From Minisyncoccota bacterium (lineage in GTDB: Bacteria > Patescibacteriota > Minisyncoccia > Moranbacterales > GCA-2747515): a stretch of DNA of 64,000 nucleotides. The notes below the pieces were generated by a model. It worked only from the letters and a program-made list of their open reading frames with translations. It had not been told where the DNA came from and ran no database searches. Position numbers and translations under genes: made by a program. Shown here one piece after another: positions 1 to 10,389 of the stretch (positions are counted from its first letter, which is position 1; the number at the start of each line of letters is the position of its first letter). The stretch lies in the NCBI GenBank assembly GCA_937936355.1, contig CALDDM010000005.1, forward strand, positions 10,336 to 74,335, written 5' to 3'.

Positions 1-90
1 ATCCATAGCCACAACATGATGCTCTTTTTCTAAAAGTCGCAGAGTCATATTTTTTCCCATCTTCCCGAGTCCTATGAAGCCAATTTGCAT
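1..90 (-). CDS. gnd: 6-phosphogluconate dehydrogenase, N-terminus only (runs off window)
   Basis: Manual translation from ATG at 90: MQIGFIGLGKMGKNMTLRLLEKEHHVVAMD (Rossmann GLGxMG); directly downstream of zwf; absent from the ORF track. Confidence 0.85.
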   Translation of the reverse strand, partial: MQIGFIGLGKMGKNMTLRLLEKEHHVVAMD

Positions 91-179
91 AAGAATTTTA
101 ATTACTATAAGTTATCTACATTGTGCTTTTTATGTAAGTGAAGATCCACTGCATGAGTCCTCCACATGCGCGCGCACCA

Positions 180-1586
180 CTATTGGATCTCCTTTGGATC
201 AGCGCCCTTTTTATATACCACCGGATCTTTTTGCTGCCATTTTTCTAAAACTGGCATCATAACCTTCCACGCCGCGTGTACCTCCTGTGTGCTTGCAAAG
301 AGGACCTGATCGCCAATCACCGCGTCATATAAAACACGTTCATAGGCATCAATCTCATCAATCTCAACTTCTTCTTGGTGATAAGAGAATGTAAAATCTT
401 TGGGTGTAATTTTATTTTCGAATCCATGTATCTTGGCAAAGAATCGCACAGTTATCTTTTCACTGGGCTGTATATCAAAAATTATTTGATTATATTGACC
501 CTCAATATCGCTATCACACAAACACGGTAATGGCTCTTTCAACGTCACTGTTATACGCGTCGACTTTTCCCTCAAGGCCTTTCCGGCACTCAAAATGAAA
601 TCTGCCCCACGCCACTTATCACTATCAATCGTTCCATGTAAACGGAAGTACGTTTCAGTCTGTGAGTTGGCGCGCGCGCCCTCAATGCTCTTGTACCCCA
701 TGTACTGACCTTGTACAGATATTTCAGCATCTGCATCAAGAACAGTTCTCTCTAGTACGCTCCCACGTTGCTTGCGTACATGATGTGCGTCAAACACACC
801 TGGGTTATCCATCGCTACTAGCGAAAACATTTGCAAAAGATGATTTTGACCCACGTCTCGCAAAGCTCCAATGCCATCGTAGAACTTACCACGCGTGTCC
901 ACATCTATTGTTTCATGTAATTCTATCTCAATTTTTTTTATGTACTCACCATTCCATATTGGTGCAAAAAGAAGATTGGCAAATCGAAACATAATAATAT
1001 TCTGCACTGTCTCCTTTGCGAGATAGTGGTCTATGCGATAAATTTGCTCCTCCTTAAAGAGTCTCCCCAATAGGTCGTCAAGCTCTCTTGCACTTACCAG
1101 ATCGTTGCCGAATGGTTTTTCGATAAGTACGCGCGTCCAACCATTTTCGGAATCACAAGTCTGTGCCAGACCACTATTATGCAAGTGCTCTAAAAGTGAC
1201 TCATAGAATCGTGGTGACACACTCAGATGAAAGATTTTATTTGTACATTGACCAATGTCATCATCAATCTTTGCAAGCTCACTACGCAGTCCCGTATAGA
1301 GCTCTTTAGTATCGAAGGATCCTCGCACATAACGTACTAGTGATAAAAACTCATTTTTTTTATCATCCCCTCCAACAAGATGCTCTGACACAAGTTTACG
1401 AAATGATTCTTCCGTGTAGTCACTATGCGCTGCACCGACAACTGCAAACTGTTCTGGTAAACGATTTTTTTTGTAGAGGTCGAAAAGTGATGGAAAGAGC
1501 TTCTTCCTTGATAAATCGCCTGTTCCCCCAAAAATTACAAAGACAGTAGGAATATTAAACCGCTTTGACTTTTCATTGTTGTTCAT
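180..1586 (-). CDS. zwf: glucose-6-phosphate 1-dehydrogenase
   Basis: GGTGDLSRKK, EKPFG, RIDHYLAKE and RDVGQNH motifs; start moved to the ATG at 1586. Confidence 0.95.
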   Translation of the reverse strand: MNNNEKSKRFNIPTVFVIFGGTGDLSRKKLFPSLFDLYKKNRLPEQFAVVGAAHSDYTEESFRKLVSEHLVGGDDKKNEFLSLVRYVRGSFDTKELYTGLRSELAKIDDDIGQCTNKIFHLSVSPRFYESLLEHLHNSGLAQTCDSENGWTRVLIEKPFGNDLVSARELDDLLGRLFKEEQIYRIDHYLAKETVQNIIMFRFANLLFAPIWNGEYIKKIEIELHETIDVDTRGKFYDGIGALRDVGQNHLLQMFSLVAMDNPGVFDAHHVRKQRGSVLERTVLDADAEISVQGQYMGYKSIEGARANSQTETYFRLHGTIDSDKWRGADFILSAGKALREKSTRITVTLKEPLPCLCDSDIEGQYNQIIFDIQPSEKITVRFFAKIHGFENKITPKDFTFSYHQEEVEIDEIDAYERVLYDAVIGDQVLFASTQEVHAAWKVMMPVLEKWQQKDPVVYKKGADPKEIQ

Positions 1587-1682
1587 AATACTTTCATTCA
1601 CTACCTTAATACCCTTACCTCGCAAGCTTCGTCATAAACACATCTTTACAACGCCCCTCTTTTTTTATGCTAACCCTTCGCA

Positions 1683-2324
1683 CTAGTCACTTGCATTTTC
1701 CGTTGCAATTGCCAGCTCGTGAATTGCACTCACAGGATCATCTGCTTGTGAAATCGCACTCCCGACGCCAGCAGCGTCCAGCTGCCTTGTGGCAACTTCC
1801 TTTATTGTCTTCATGTTAACGCCACCATCAACACTCACCCATATCTCTGTGCGCCGATCCCTTATGAAGGGTACTTTCTCAAGCATCTCCTCTATGAACG
1901 GTGCGCCCTGTTTCCCCGGCACGACTGTCATGATTTGCACAGCATCAATCTCATCCATATAGGTGTAAATCTCTTCAGGATGCGTCTGTGGCGCCAATGA
2001 AATACCCTTTGTAAAATCATACGGATCCATTGCGCGCAAGACCGCAGAAGGACTCTCCACTGCACCAAAAGAGAAGTATACGCGATCTGCGCCGATTGCA
2101 CTGCATGCATCAAAGTATTTCTCAGGATTTGTCGTCATGAGATGTACCTCAATTGCTAAGTCATCCAGCTCGCCCACCACATCCCCCAGATTAAATGTCT
2201 TAGCATCGGTCATTGTACCGTCCATCACATCGATCTGAATCCACGGCACAACACTGCGAATAGCCTCAATTTGCCTGACTGCGTCTTCGCTCTTTTTTGT
2301 CAATATCGCTGGTACAATTAGCAT
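1683..2324 (-). CDS. rpe: ribulose-phosphate 3-epimerase
   Basis: IDVMDG, EVHLM, MTVVPGKQG and VDGGVN motifs. Confidence 0.9.
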   Translation of the reverse strand: MLIVPAILTKKSEDAVRQIEAIRSVVPWIQIDVMDGTMTDAKTFNLGDVVGELDDLAIEVHLMTTNPEKYFDACSAIGADRVYFSFGAVESPSAVLRAMDPYDFTKGISLAPQTHPEEIYTYMDEIDAVQIMTVVPGKQGAPFIEEMLEKVPFIRDRRTEIWVSVDGGVNMKTIKEVATRQLDAAGVGSAISQADDPVSAIHELAIATENASD

Positions 2325-2345
2325 CTCTTTATCATAAGTATATTA

Positions 2346-3776
2346 TCACCCTCGTAATCCAAAAATATTTTTTACGAGATTTTTTTTACGTGCACTATAA
2401 CTTTTTGCACGGAACTGATCTGCACAGTTCCTTAGCCCATAGCTGTATGTTGGATATGCATGAATTGTATCAGAAAGCTTTGTTATAGAAATATTGTTTT
2501 GCATTGCAAGCGCAATTTCATTGATCATTTCGCCTGCTGGTCCACCCACAATCGTAGCTCCTACAATCAAGCCTTTCCGATTTGTGATTATGCGGAAGAA
2601 ACCCTCCTGGGCAACGTCTGTGATCGCACGATCTACAAAATCATACCCTTTGTCAAATACATAATGAGACTTAGGATCAAACACATTGTCCTGCGTGGAG
2701 ATTCCAATTGAAGCAACCTCCGGAGCCGTGAACGTCGCTCGAGGGATAACCTTACTCATCTTCGCTGGTATGTGAAAAATGATGTTTGTCAACGCCACCT
2801 TTCCCATATGATTTGCATAGTGTGTAAACTTCCACGGCGTTGCAACATCGCCTACCGCATATATATGCGTGACTGTTGTTTGTGTTTTCTCATTTACTTG
2901 TATTCCCTTTCTCACATCGTACTCTACACCTGCCTTTTCAAGACACAAATTCTCAACATTAGGCTGTCGTCCGACAGCAACAAGAATCTCGTCTGCTATA
3001 ATTTCTTGAGATTTATCTTCAGTATCATTCTTTATTGTGACAACTTTCTTGCCATCGCGCACAAACACTTCGCGTACTTCACTCTTGTAAAAAATATTGA
3101 TGCCATCGGACTTTAGAGACCTGTCAACAATTTCTCCAGCTTCTTTTTCATCACGTCCCAACACAACCTCATCACGCGTAATGATATTTACAGCAACTCC
3201 AAGTCGCGCAAATGCCTGTCCCAACTCACATCCAATTGGCCCACTCCCAATTATTGTAAGGGATTTAAATGTGTCAGCCTCAAAAATTGTACGATTTGTC
3301 TTTGGATTTACGGACGCAAGGCCTTTGATAGGCAGGTCGGCAGGTCGCGCTCCGGTTGCGATTACAATTTTTTTCCCACTAATATTTTTACCATTAACCT
3401 CTACAGTATGAGAGTTCACAAAACGAGCGAAGCCCATTTCAATGTCAACTCCATTTCTCTTGATCTCTTCTGGATCCTCAAATCGATTTTCAATATCTGC
3501 AACCACATTACGAACATGTGCCAGAACAGCGTGCACATCACAATCAGTATCTGACATAGAAGATAAGCCAACTTTTTCTCGTTCATTGCTGGCGTGCGCA
3601 ATATGCGCTGCTTTGATCAGCGCCTTTGACGGGATACATCCATAATGCGTGCAGTCACCCCCGAGCTTCTCTCCCTCTATCAGAATCACTCGCGCGCCAA
3701 TACCTGCAGCTCCGATTGCTGCTGTCAGTCCACCGCCCCCAGCTCCAATCACCACAATGTCATAGTCGTAAGCCAT
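2346..3776 (-). CDS. flavoprotein disulfide reductase (dihydrolipoamide dehydrogenase/MerA-like family)
   Basis: GAGGGG FAD motif, redox motif GGDCTHYGCIPSK, GSGPIG, HAYPT; lacks the MerA C-terminal Cys-Cys. Confidence 0.85.
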   Translation of the reverse strand: MAYDYDIVVIGAGGGGLTAAIGAAGIGARVILIEGEKLGGDCTHYGCIPSKALIKAAHIAHASNEREKVGLSSMSDTDCDVHAVLAHVRNVVADIENRFEDPEEIKRNGVDIEMGFARFVNSHTVEVNGKNISGKKIVIATGARPADLPIKGLASVNPKTNRTIFEADTFKSLTIIGSGPIGCELGQAFARLGVAVNIITRDEVVLGRDEKEAGEIVDRSLKSDGINIFYKSEVREVFVRDGKKVVTIKNDTEDKSQEIIADEILVAVGRQPNVENLCLEKAGVEYDVRKGIQVNEKTQTTVTHIYAVGDVATPWKFTHYANHMGKVALTNIIFHIPAKMSKVIPRATFTAPEVASIGISTQDNVFDPKSHYVFDKGYDFVDRAITDVAQEGFFRIITNRKGLIVGATIVGGPAGEMINEIALAMQNNISITKLSDTIHAYPTYSYGLRNCADQFRAKSYSARKKNLVKNIFGLRG

Positions 3777-3853
3777 GTAATAATATTTTCTTTATAAGCC
3801 TGTGATGTAAAGAATACTTTACATTTTAGAAATTTACAAGAGACCCTTCCTGG

Positions 3854-4672
3854 TTAACTATGCTCGTCATCATACTCCTGATAAATGATCGCACCGCACA
3901 TCTTGCAGTGCACTGCATTATAGTCATGGTACTTCAATCCGCATTTACCACATGTTATAGATTGCTTTCGCGAAGAAAGCATATATAAACGAATGAGCGA
4001 GCTAAGATAAATAGGGATCAGAAACAAGCTAGAGATAATTACGCCGACGATCAATAGCCTTCCCTGTGGCGTGACTGGCACGATGTCGCCGTATCCCACT
4101 GTTGTCATTGTTACAACAGCCAAATAGATCGCATCATCAAAGGAATCGACATCCTGATTCACTCCTTTTTCAAACGTATAAAGCAGAGAGGCCGCCATAT
4201 AAAGAAAGACAAGGAAAGATGCTACGATCTTAAAGATTAAGGCGAATTTTTTTGCCCTTATGCGATGCGGATACTTTTTGGTATAGCGATCCAGAAAACG
4301 AAACATCTTGAGCACACGAAATCCTCGTAAAAACTGCAATGAAGGCGCGCCGATAAAAAATGGAACGATAGCCAATACGTCAATGATGTTTGCAAGTGAA
4401 AAACTATACGCCAATCGCTTATGTGCATAGTAAATGCGTAGAAAAACTTCAATCACAAAAACTCCCATGATGAGTGTGTCAGCATGATGAATAATTTTCA
4501 ACAGATCCTCTGGCAACGGATATGTCTGCAACACAAAAAAGATTACACTTATCCCAATGAGGACTAGGAGTATGGTATCAAAAATTACATTGCCATAAGC
4601 ATCTCTGTCGTCACGGAAAAGCTGTGCAATATTTTTCTGACTAAAGAAACGTTTTGAGCGAAATTTCTTCAT
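3854..4672 (-). CDS. voltage-gated-type potassium channel with C-terminal Zn ribbon
   Basis: TVGYGD selectivity filter, S4-like LRGFRVLKMFR, C-terminal CGKC...CKMC. Confidence 0.9.
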   Translation of the reverse strand: MKKFRSKRFFSQKNIAQLFRDDRDAYGNVIFDTILLVLIGISVIFFVLQTYPLPEDLLKIIHHADTLIMGVFVIEVFLRIYYAHKRLAYSFSLANIIDVLAIVPFFIGAPSLQFLRGFRVLKMFRFLDRYTKKYPHRIRAKKFALIFKIVASFLVFLYMAASLLYTFEKGVNQDVDSFDDAIYLAVVTMTTVGYGDIVPVTPQGRLLIVGVIISSLFLIPIYLSSLIRLYMLSSRKQSITCGKCGLKYHDYNAVHCKMCGAIIYQEYDDEHS

Positions 4673-4773
4673 GCAGTCATTATATCATTGGGTCAAAAAA
4701 ATAGAGAATGTCATTGCAATTACATTGCGGCGTTTGCATTAGAACTTGTAATCATCATAAAGAATAAATCATT

Positions 4774-5424
4774 TTATTGATCAATTTTTTTACCAATGTA
4801 GCTCAACACTACGAGACCAACGATACCCATGCCAAGTGTGATGGGACTCAGTGCACCCAGACCTTTACCCAGCACAACAAATGCAGCCGTGCCTGGTATC
4901 AGGCCGATAGCTGTGCCTAGGATGTAGTCTTTGGCACGGACACATGTAATGCCAAGTAAATAATTAATAATATTAAATGGAAAGACAGGAATAAGTCTGA
5001 TTGCGATTACAGTCAGCATGCCCTTTTTTGCTATCTTTTGGTCGAATTCCTTCACGCGTGGGTATTTCGGCAGTACCTTGTCACTCAAATATTCACGAAA
5101 TAGGTAGCGACCTATATAAAATGCAGCGACTGCCCCCAAAACATTACCAATCCACGCGATCGCAAGCGCAATGAGAAATTGCCCAAACCCTCCGGTGAAA
5201 ATACTCCCCGTGAGTAGCGTTAGAGGTGCTCCAGGCAAAAGAGTCACCGCACCTATAATTTTTGCACAAACCAGTGCCAGCGCTACAAGGAGCACATTTT
5301 CAGTAGCATTATTCTTTAAAAGGTCCAAGATACCCAATAGAGTCTCCTTATTGATTAATGCGCAGATAATTAGTCCAACCCAAAAAACTGCAGCAACCAC
5401 TTTCCTCATGTCTCTTTTTTGCAT
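4774..5424 (-). CDS. TVP38/TMEM64 (DedA/VTT) membrane protein
   Basis: LPGAPLTL, GAVAAFYIGR and RLIPVFPFNIINY motifs. Confidence 0.85.
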   Translation of the reverse strand: MQKRDMRKVVAAVFWVGLIICALINKETLLGILDLLKNNATENVLLVALALVCAKIIGAVTLLPGAPLTLLTGSIFTGGFGQFLIALAIAWIGNVLGAVAAFYIGRYLFREYLSDKVLPKYPRVKEFDQKIAKKGMLTVIAIRLIPVFPFNIINYLLGITCVRAKDYILGTAIGLIPGTAAFVVLGKGLGALSPITLGMGIVGLVVLSYIGKKIDQ

Positions 5425-5428
5425 TTTT

Positions 5429-5878
5429 TTAGCTTAACAAATCTTGTGCCTTTTTTATGCGTCTCGCATATTTTTCTTGGTCTGAGAAATCAATAATCAA
5501 AAAATGCTTAATGGCCTCGATAGCAGCATCATAATCAACGAATCGCGCACCTAGAGAAAGAATATTAGCGTCATTGTGCTCTCGTGCCAACTTTACAATC
5601 TTTATGTCATGACCATAGTACACACATGCACGACTGCCTCGCACTCGATTTGCCGCTATCGCTTCTCCCTGACCCGATCCGCCAAGAATAATGCCACGAC
5701 TACCAGGATTTGCCACAACCGCCTTAGTTGCGGGAACAACAAAGTCAGGATAATCATCTTGCGCCGCGTAAGCATAGGCACCAAAATCTTTCACTTGATG
5801 GTTATTGTCCAAAAGCCACTGCACAATTCTTTCCTTAAGCTCAAAGCCCGCATGGTCAGAACCAATATATATTTTCAT
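5429..5878 (-). CDS. rpiB: ribose-5-phosphate isomerase B
   Basis: GSDHAG, DYPD, GGSGQG (Cys-less type) and AREHNDAN motifs. Confidence 0.92.
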   Translation of the reverse strand: MKIYIGSDHAGFELKERIVQWLLDNNHQVKDFGAYAYAAQDDYPDFVVPATKAVVANPGSRGIILGGSGQGEAIAANRVRGSRACVYYGHDIKIVKLAREHNDANILSLGARFVDYDAAIEAIKHFLIIDFSDQEKYARRIKKAQDLLS

Positions 5879-5912
5879 TTTTTTGTATTAATACTTTTAT
5901 TATAGTAAATAA

Positions 5913-6371
5913 TCAGAGACTCTTTTTCTTCAACAGATATTTTTGATGATATTCCTCTGCAAGATAAAAATCTGAGATTGGCAATATTTCTGTTGCATAG
6001 AATACGCCATCCTTTTGCTCCCCAGCCTCTTTCAAGTCATGCGCGATCCTACGTTGCTCTTGATCCTCATAAAAAATAACGCTTCTGTATTGCGATCCCA
6101 CGTCTGGACCCTGTCGATTGACCTGCCAAGGATCATGCATTTTATAAAATGCATCTATAAGGTACTGCGTTGGCAGTAATGCAGTGTCGTAGAGTACACG
6201 CGCAACCTCCGCATGTCCAGTTTTTCCTGTGCAGACTTGTTCATATGTGGGATGAGCGATCATTCCTCCAGAGTAGCCTACATCTGTTTCTCTAACACCT
6301 TTGATTATCCGTATTTTTTCTTCAATACCCCAAAAGCAACCAGCGCCAAGAACGATTTTTTTTTCACTCAT
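5913..6371 (-). CDS. msrA: peptide methionine-S-sulfoxide reductase
   Basis: GCFWG, GHAE, RQGPDVGSQYRS and AEEYHQ motifs; start at ATG 6371. Confidence 0.93.
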   Translation of the reverse strand: MSEKKIVLGAGCFWGIEEKIRIIKGVRETDVGYSGGMIAHPTYEQVCTGKTGHAEVARVLYDTALLPTQYLIDAFYKMHDPWQVNRQGPDVGSQYRSVIFYEDQEQRRIAHDLKEAGEQKDGVFYATEILPISDFYLAEEYHQKYLLKKKSL

Positions 6372-6388
6372 AGCAATTACGTAATACC

Positions 6389-7021
6389 TTACTCTTGTAA
6401 CAATTTTGATACCCACTCACTCATCTCTTGATAAGCACCTTCACCGAAATGCGTGTGTCGAATATTACCTTTTTTGTCAATGAGGTAATGTGCAGGCCAA
6501 TAACGATTATTGTAATTTCTCCATGTGGCAAAATCATTGTCCTGCGCGATGGGATATGTAAGGCCATGCCTCAGAACCTCTTTGCGCACATTCTCGATCT
6601 TTCTTTCATAGGCAAACTCTGGCGCATGTAATCCAAGGATCACAAACCCATCATTTCCATACTTCTCATATAAAGCCTGGACATGTGACAAAGTACGAAT
6701 ACAGTTTATGCAGCCATAAGTCCAGAAATCGATCAAAACAACCTCTCCCCTCAGCTCCTCAAGTGACAAAATTGGCTCACTATTTATCCAATTTGTTAAC
6801 CCGATAATTTCTGGCGCCCGTATTTGTGCAGACTGCATTGTATTGTCAACAGATTCCTCTGTGACCGAAGAATTTTCCACACTCTCCGAAGATTCTTCTC
6901 TGGCATCTTGTGCGCCATGGCTACCTTGAATATCTTGATTAGATTTCTCTTGCATAGCTCCATCAGCTGCTGCGCAACCCGAGATTATAATGAGCACTGT
7001 GATGATAAAAATGTTCTTCAT
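6389..7021 (-). CDS. exported redoxin (DipZ-like thioredoxin domain), probable lipoprotein
   Basis: Signal with ISGC lipobox-like motif; DFWTYGCINC, HAPEFAYE, NRYWPAHY and HFGEG. Confidence 0.85.
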   Translation of the reverse strand: MKNIFIITVLIIISGCAAADGAMQEKSNQDIQGSHGAQDAREESSESVENSSVTEESVDNTMQSAQIRAPEIIGLTNWINSEPILSLEELRGEVVLIDFWTYGCINCIRTLSHVQALYEKYGNDGFVILGLHAPEFAYERKIENVRKEVLRHGLTYPIAQDNDFATWRNYNNRYWPAHYLIDKKGNIRHTHFGEGAYQEMSEWVSKLLQE

Positions 7022-7057
7022 AGAAAAATACTATTACTGCAACTGCACATTACTTTA

Positions 7058-7705
7058 TTAACTCTCTATGAGGTCGAGAAAGTGCTGTTGCGTAATATCC
7101 TGTCCGTGGAGTATTGAGTGCAGTGAACCATCGCGATTAATGAGGGCTTTTGTGTTTGTAAATCGAATGCCATAGTGGCGCGTCACAACATTGTCTTGCA
7201 TGACTAGAGAGAGTGTCGTTGGTCGGTTTTGCAGATATCTTCGCGTTGCCGCCTCAGAGTCAATCCCTATCAAAACAACTTCTACTTGATCGCCGTATTG
7301 CGCCTGTAATGCCTCCATTTTTGGGAGATTGCGACGACAATTCGGACAATGCTCTGCAAAGAAATCAACGATCACAGGCTTTACTTCACGAAAGTCAGAA
7401 AGTGTAAATACCTCTCCCGGACGGTCTAAGTGCGCAAGAGAGAAATCTGGCGCGTAATCAATCAATGGAGCTGCAGGAGTATTCTCAACCTCTACAATCT
7501 CTAGGCGTTCAGGGTTTTCTTGGATGCTATCATCAACGCCAAATCCGTTATTTTCTGTATCAGACACAGGAAGTGGTATTTTTTGGGAAAGATCATTTTT
7601 TTTTGCAGCGTCACTAGACATGACACGATCCCTGCTAATATAAAAACCAAGAGCAACAAAGCAAAGAATTAAAGAGCCAAGAAAGATGAAGATTTTTTTT
7701 CTCAT
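7058..7705 (-). CDS. membrane-anchored TlpA/ResA-like thioredoxin
   Basis: N-terminal TM; APDFSL and FFAEHCPNC motifs. Confidence 0.8.
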   Translation of the reverse strand: MRKKIFIFLGSLILCFVALGFYISRDRVMSSDAAKKNDLSQKIPLPVSDTENNGFGVDDSIQENPERLEIVEVENTPAAPLIDYAPDFSLAHLDRPGEVFTLSDFREVKPVIVDFFAEHCPNCRRNLPKMEALQAQYGDQVEVVLIGIDSEAATRRYLQNRPTTLSLVMQDNVVTRHYGIRFTNTKALINRDGSLHSILHGQDITQQHFLDLIES

Positions 7706-7721
7706 GTAATTTTTTCGTTTA

Positions 7722-8345
7722 TTACTCGACCACTAAACCTTCAGGATACTGCAAAGAAAATTCACCAAGAGTGCTAATGTCAAAAGGTAAAAAAGTGAGA
7801 TCTTTAGACAAAGCTTCATCAACAACAAGTTCCTTGCCAGATGCGCTCGCCCAAAACCTACTACCACCTCCTCTACTTTCCAGAACAAGAGCCCCATCCC
7901 ACAAAGCATCAGTCGCCTCAAAATAGACAGATGCTCCGCCAAGAACGCGACTTGCTATCACTGCCGTCTCACATGTCGCACAAAATGCCACAAGTATTGG
8001 CTGTCCACTTATGCTATCGTTGATAACCTCATACCTACTCAACAGATCAAATGAGTAAAAAAGATGGCGTGTGCCAGCAGAAGCAACAATACCTCGCTGT
8101 GAGGACTGTGATTCTGCTTGTGCGACACTGATTCGCGCTGGATAGTCTATAGATGAATCAAGCAAGCCTCCAACCACCTTCTTGCTGAGTTGTTCAGAAA
8201 GAACGGTAGAATCCATTCCACGATCGATCAACACTTGCTCAACGCTCACGTTTTGTGATTGATTAAAAGCAACAGCTAGGCCAAGTAATCCCACAAAAAG
8301 CAAGGCTATTACCCATTTTTTTTTCTGAAATATTTTCCACAGCAT
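7722..8345 (-). CDS. divergent, shortened DUF3179-like protein
   Basis: EVINDSI..PILVAFCATC aligns by eye with EIVNDTF..LLVTYCPLC of the neighbour; N-terminal TM. Confidence 0.6.
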   Translation of the reverse strand: MLWKIFQKKKWVIALLFVGLLGLAVAFNQSQNVSVEQVLIDRGMDSTVLSEQLSKKVVGGLLDSSIDYPARISVAQAESQSSQRGIVASAGTRHLFYSFDLLSRYEVINDSISGQPILVAFCATCETAVIASRVLGGASVYFEATDALWDGALVLESRGGGSRFWASASGKELVVDEALSKDLTFLPFDISTLGEFSLQYPEGLVVE

Positions 8346-8395
8346 AGCAGTGAGCTTATTGAAACCTCGCAAAAGCAGATAGAATCATAATACCA

Positions 8396-9403
8396 TTATT
8401 TATGTAAGTCAGTGTCAGGATGTATACTCACCCACGAGATCCAAAAACTCGGAATTGCTGTAAGCTGTATTTCTTTTACATCTGTTATGTCATAAAATTC
8501 TGCAATGCCCTTGCGAGCATTAAATGTTACACGTAATTTCCGATCGCCAATAACATCCTCAAATGATTGATCTCGCTCTAGAGCACTAACGAGATAAGCC
8601 TTTGACTTTCCACCAACAATCAATCCCAACACAATATCCGTTTTTTCCAAACGATCATCATCACCTGAAAATCGAAATATTGGCTCAATGTTTCTCAGAT
8701 CACCACCATATGGCACACTACTGTACCCAAAGATCTTTTTGTGATTCTCATCCCCTATAAGCACTTCGCCCTCTGGAAAATTTTCTACAAATTTCTTGTA
8801 CTGTGTAATATCAAACCGTACTATATCAAGCTTTTGCCCGGAAGCAGGTCCAACAACAGCCTCACCAAGTGCCTGTGACCACAGTGACTCTGGGTTACCC
8901 CTGTTATACATCAAGAGATTTGACTCCCACAACTTCCCTGATACACCAAATTCCTGCTTTGTGCCATCCACTTCTGGATCAAAAACAATACCTGTAAAAC
9001 ACAGTGGGCAATATGTAACAAGTAACGACTCACCTTCAAAGGTATCATTGACTATTTCATGAGAAACAAGAATCTGGTAGGGGTAAAATCGGGCTTTTCC
9101 ATTGCGCTCGATCACAATGCCATCACCATCTGCATTCATCCAATCTGGCACATCACTCACGAGCGCGTATGCAGGATTGTCAATTGGCTTGATGCCGTCT
9201 TTTGGTACGCCACCACTCAAAATCTCACTCAAGTCTATTGATGCGCGAACACCATCTTGCTCCAGAAGGTTATTTACTGAATTTGGTTCGTTGATATATA
9301 CATCGCCAGACACATCAGATTCAAGACTAATAGGCTCCGAAATAGTACTCGAACATCCCGATAATGTTGCAGTCACAAGCCCTACAAAAAATAATCCCCT
9401 CAT
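8396..9403 (-). CDS. DUF3179 domain lipoprotein
   Basis: LSGC lipobox; SGGVPKDGI, HEIVND, YCPLC, FGVSGKL..SNL.MY..SLWSQ and FW.SW...HP motifs. Confidence 0.85.
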   Translation of the reverse strand: MRGLFFVGLVTATLSGCSSTISEPISLESDVSGDVYINEPNSVNNLLEQDGVRASIDLSEILSGGVPKDGIKPIDNPAYALVSDVPDWMNADGDGIVIERNGKARFYPYQILVSHEIVNDTFEGESLLVTYCPLCFTGIVFDPEVDGTKQEFGVSGKLWESNLLMYNRGNPESLWSQALGEAVVGPASGQKLDIVRFDITQYKKFVENFPEGEVLIGDENHKKIFGYSSVPYGGDLRNIEPIFRFSGDDDRLEKTDIVLGLIVGGKSKAYLVSALERDQSFEDVIGDRKLRVTFNARKGIAEFYDITDVKEIQLTAIPSFWISWVSIHPDTDLHK

Positions 9404-9417
9404 AATCTCTATGCAAA

Positions 9418-10344
9418 CTAGTTACCAAACTTCTTGACATATTCATAAGCACTCAGCGTTGCCTTGATCGCATCCCCGACAGCAATATTATTCTGCTTAT
9501 ACAGCTCATCAGTTACGTCGCCAGCAGCATATATACCGTTCATACTTGTGGAAAATGTACGATGATCAACAATGATTTCTTCTCGATCATTTAGATCAAC
9601 AAGCCCTTTACACAACGAACTATTTGGAACAGTTCCAATCTCTACAAAAACACCCTGTACCGCCAGTTCTTTTTCTTCATTCGCTTCTTTGTCTTCGTAC
9701 AGCAAAGACTCTACCATTGCACTACCAGAGATCTTGAGAGTATTCGTCTTATAGAGAATCTCAACTTTTCCTGAATCACGAACAATTTTTTGTGTAATGG
9801 GATCTCCACGCAGTTCATCACGACGCGCTAGCAAATATACTTTCTTTGCATACGGTAGTAAATCAACAACACTCTCAAGTCCGCTATTGCCACCACCCAC
9901 AACTGCAACATCCTTATCACGAAAAAATGGTGCATCGCATGTTGCGCAGTACGCCACTCCCTTGCCATTGAAATCATCTTCTCCAGGCACGCCCAACTTT
10001 CGATGACGACCACCAGTGGTGACTATAACTGTTTTTGTTTTGTAGACATCTTTTTTTGTTTTCACCAAAAACATATCACCATCACGTTCAATGCTAGTCA
10101 CTGTATCTTGTAAAGATAAACTTATATCTTCTTTATATGACTCCAGGTGATCCTTGAGTTTCTTGGCTAACTCAGGTCCTGGTATTAGGATATCGCCAAT
10201 CCAATTTGCAATACCATCGGATACAACGCTTTGCCCACCTATCTGGTCCGCCACGAGCATCGCTTTCATTTGTTTGCGAGCAGCATACACGCCTGCAGCA
10301 ACTGCTGCTGGACCACCACCAACAATGATTGTGTCAAAAACCAT
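9418..10344 (-). CDS. trxB: thioredoxin reductase (TrxB/AhpF C-terminal-like)
   Basis: GGGPA, GVAYCATCD, GGGNSG and YAAGD motifs. Confidence 0.9.
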   Translation of the reverse strand: MVFDTIIVGGGPAAVAAGVYAARKQMKAMLVADQIGGQSVVSDGIANWIGDILIPGPELAKKLKDHLESYKEDISLSLQDTVTSIERDGDMFLVKTKKDVYKTKTVIVTTGGRHRKLGVPGEDDFNGKGVAYCATCDAPFFRDKDVAVVGGGNSGLESVVDLLPYAKKVYLLARRDELRGDPITQKIVRDSGKVEILYKTNTLKISGSAMVESLLYEDKEANEEKELAVQGVFVEIGTVPNSSLCKGLVDLNDREEIIVDHRTFSTSMNGIYAAGDVTDELYKQNNIAVGDAIKATLSAYEYVKKFGN

Positions 10345-10389
10345 TCTAATTTTTATTACGTATTATGTTTCTAAACTACAAAGAGATGC

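Noticed and set aside
2346..3776. Mercuric reductase (merA)
   Set aside because: No C-terminal Cys-Cys pair and no mer genes nearby.
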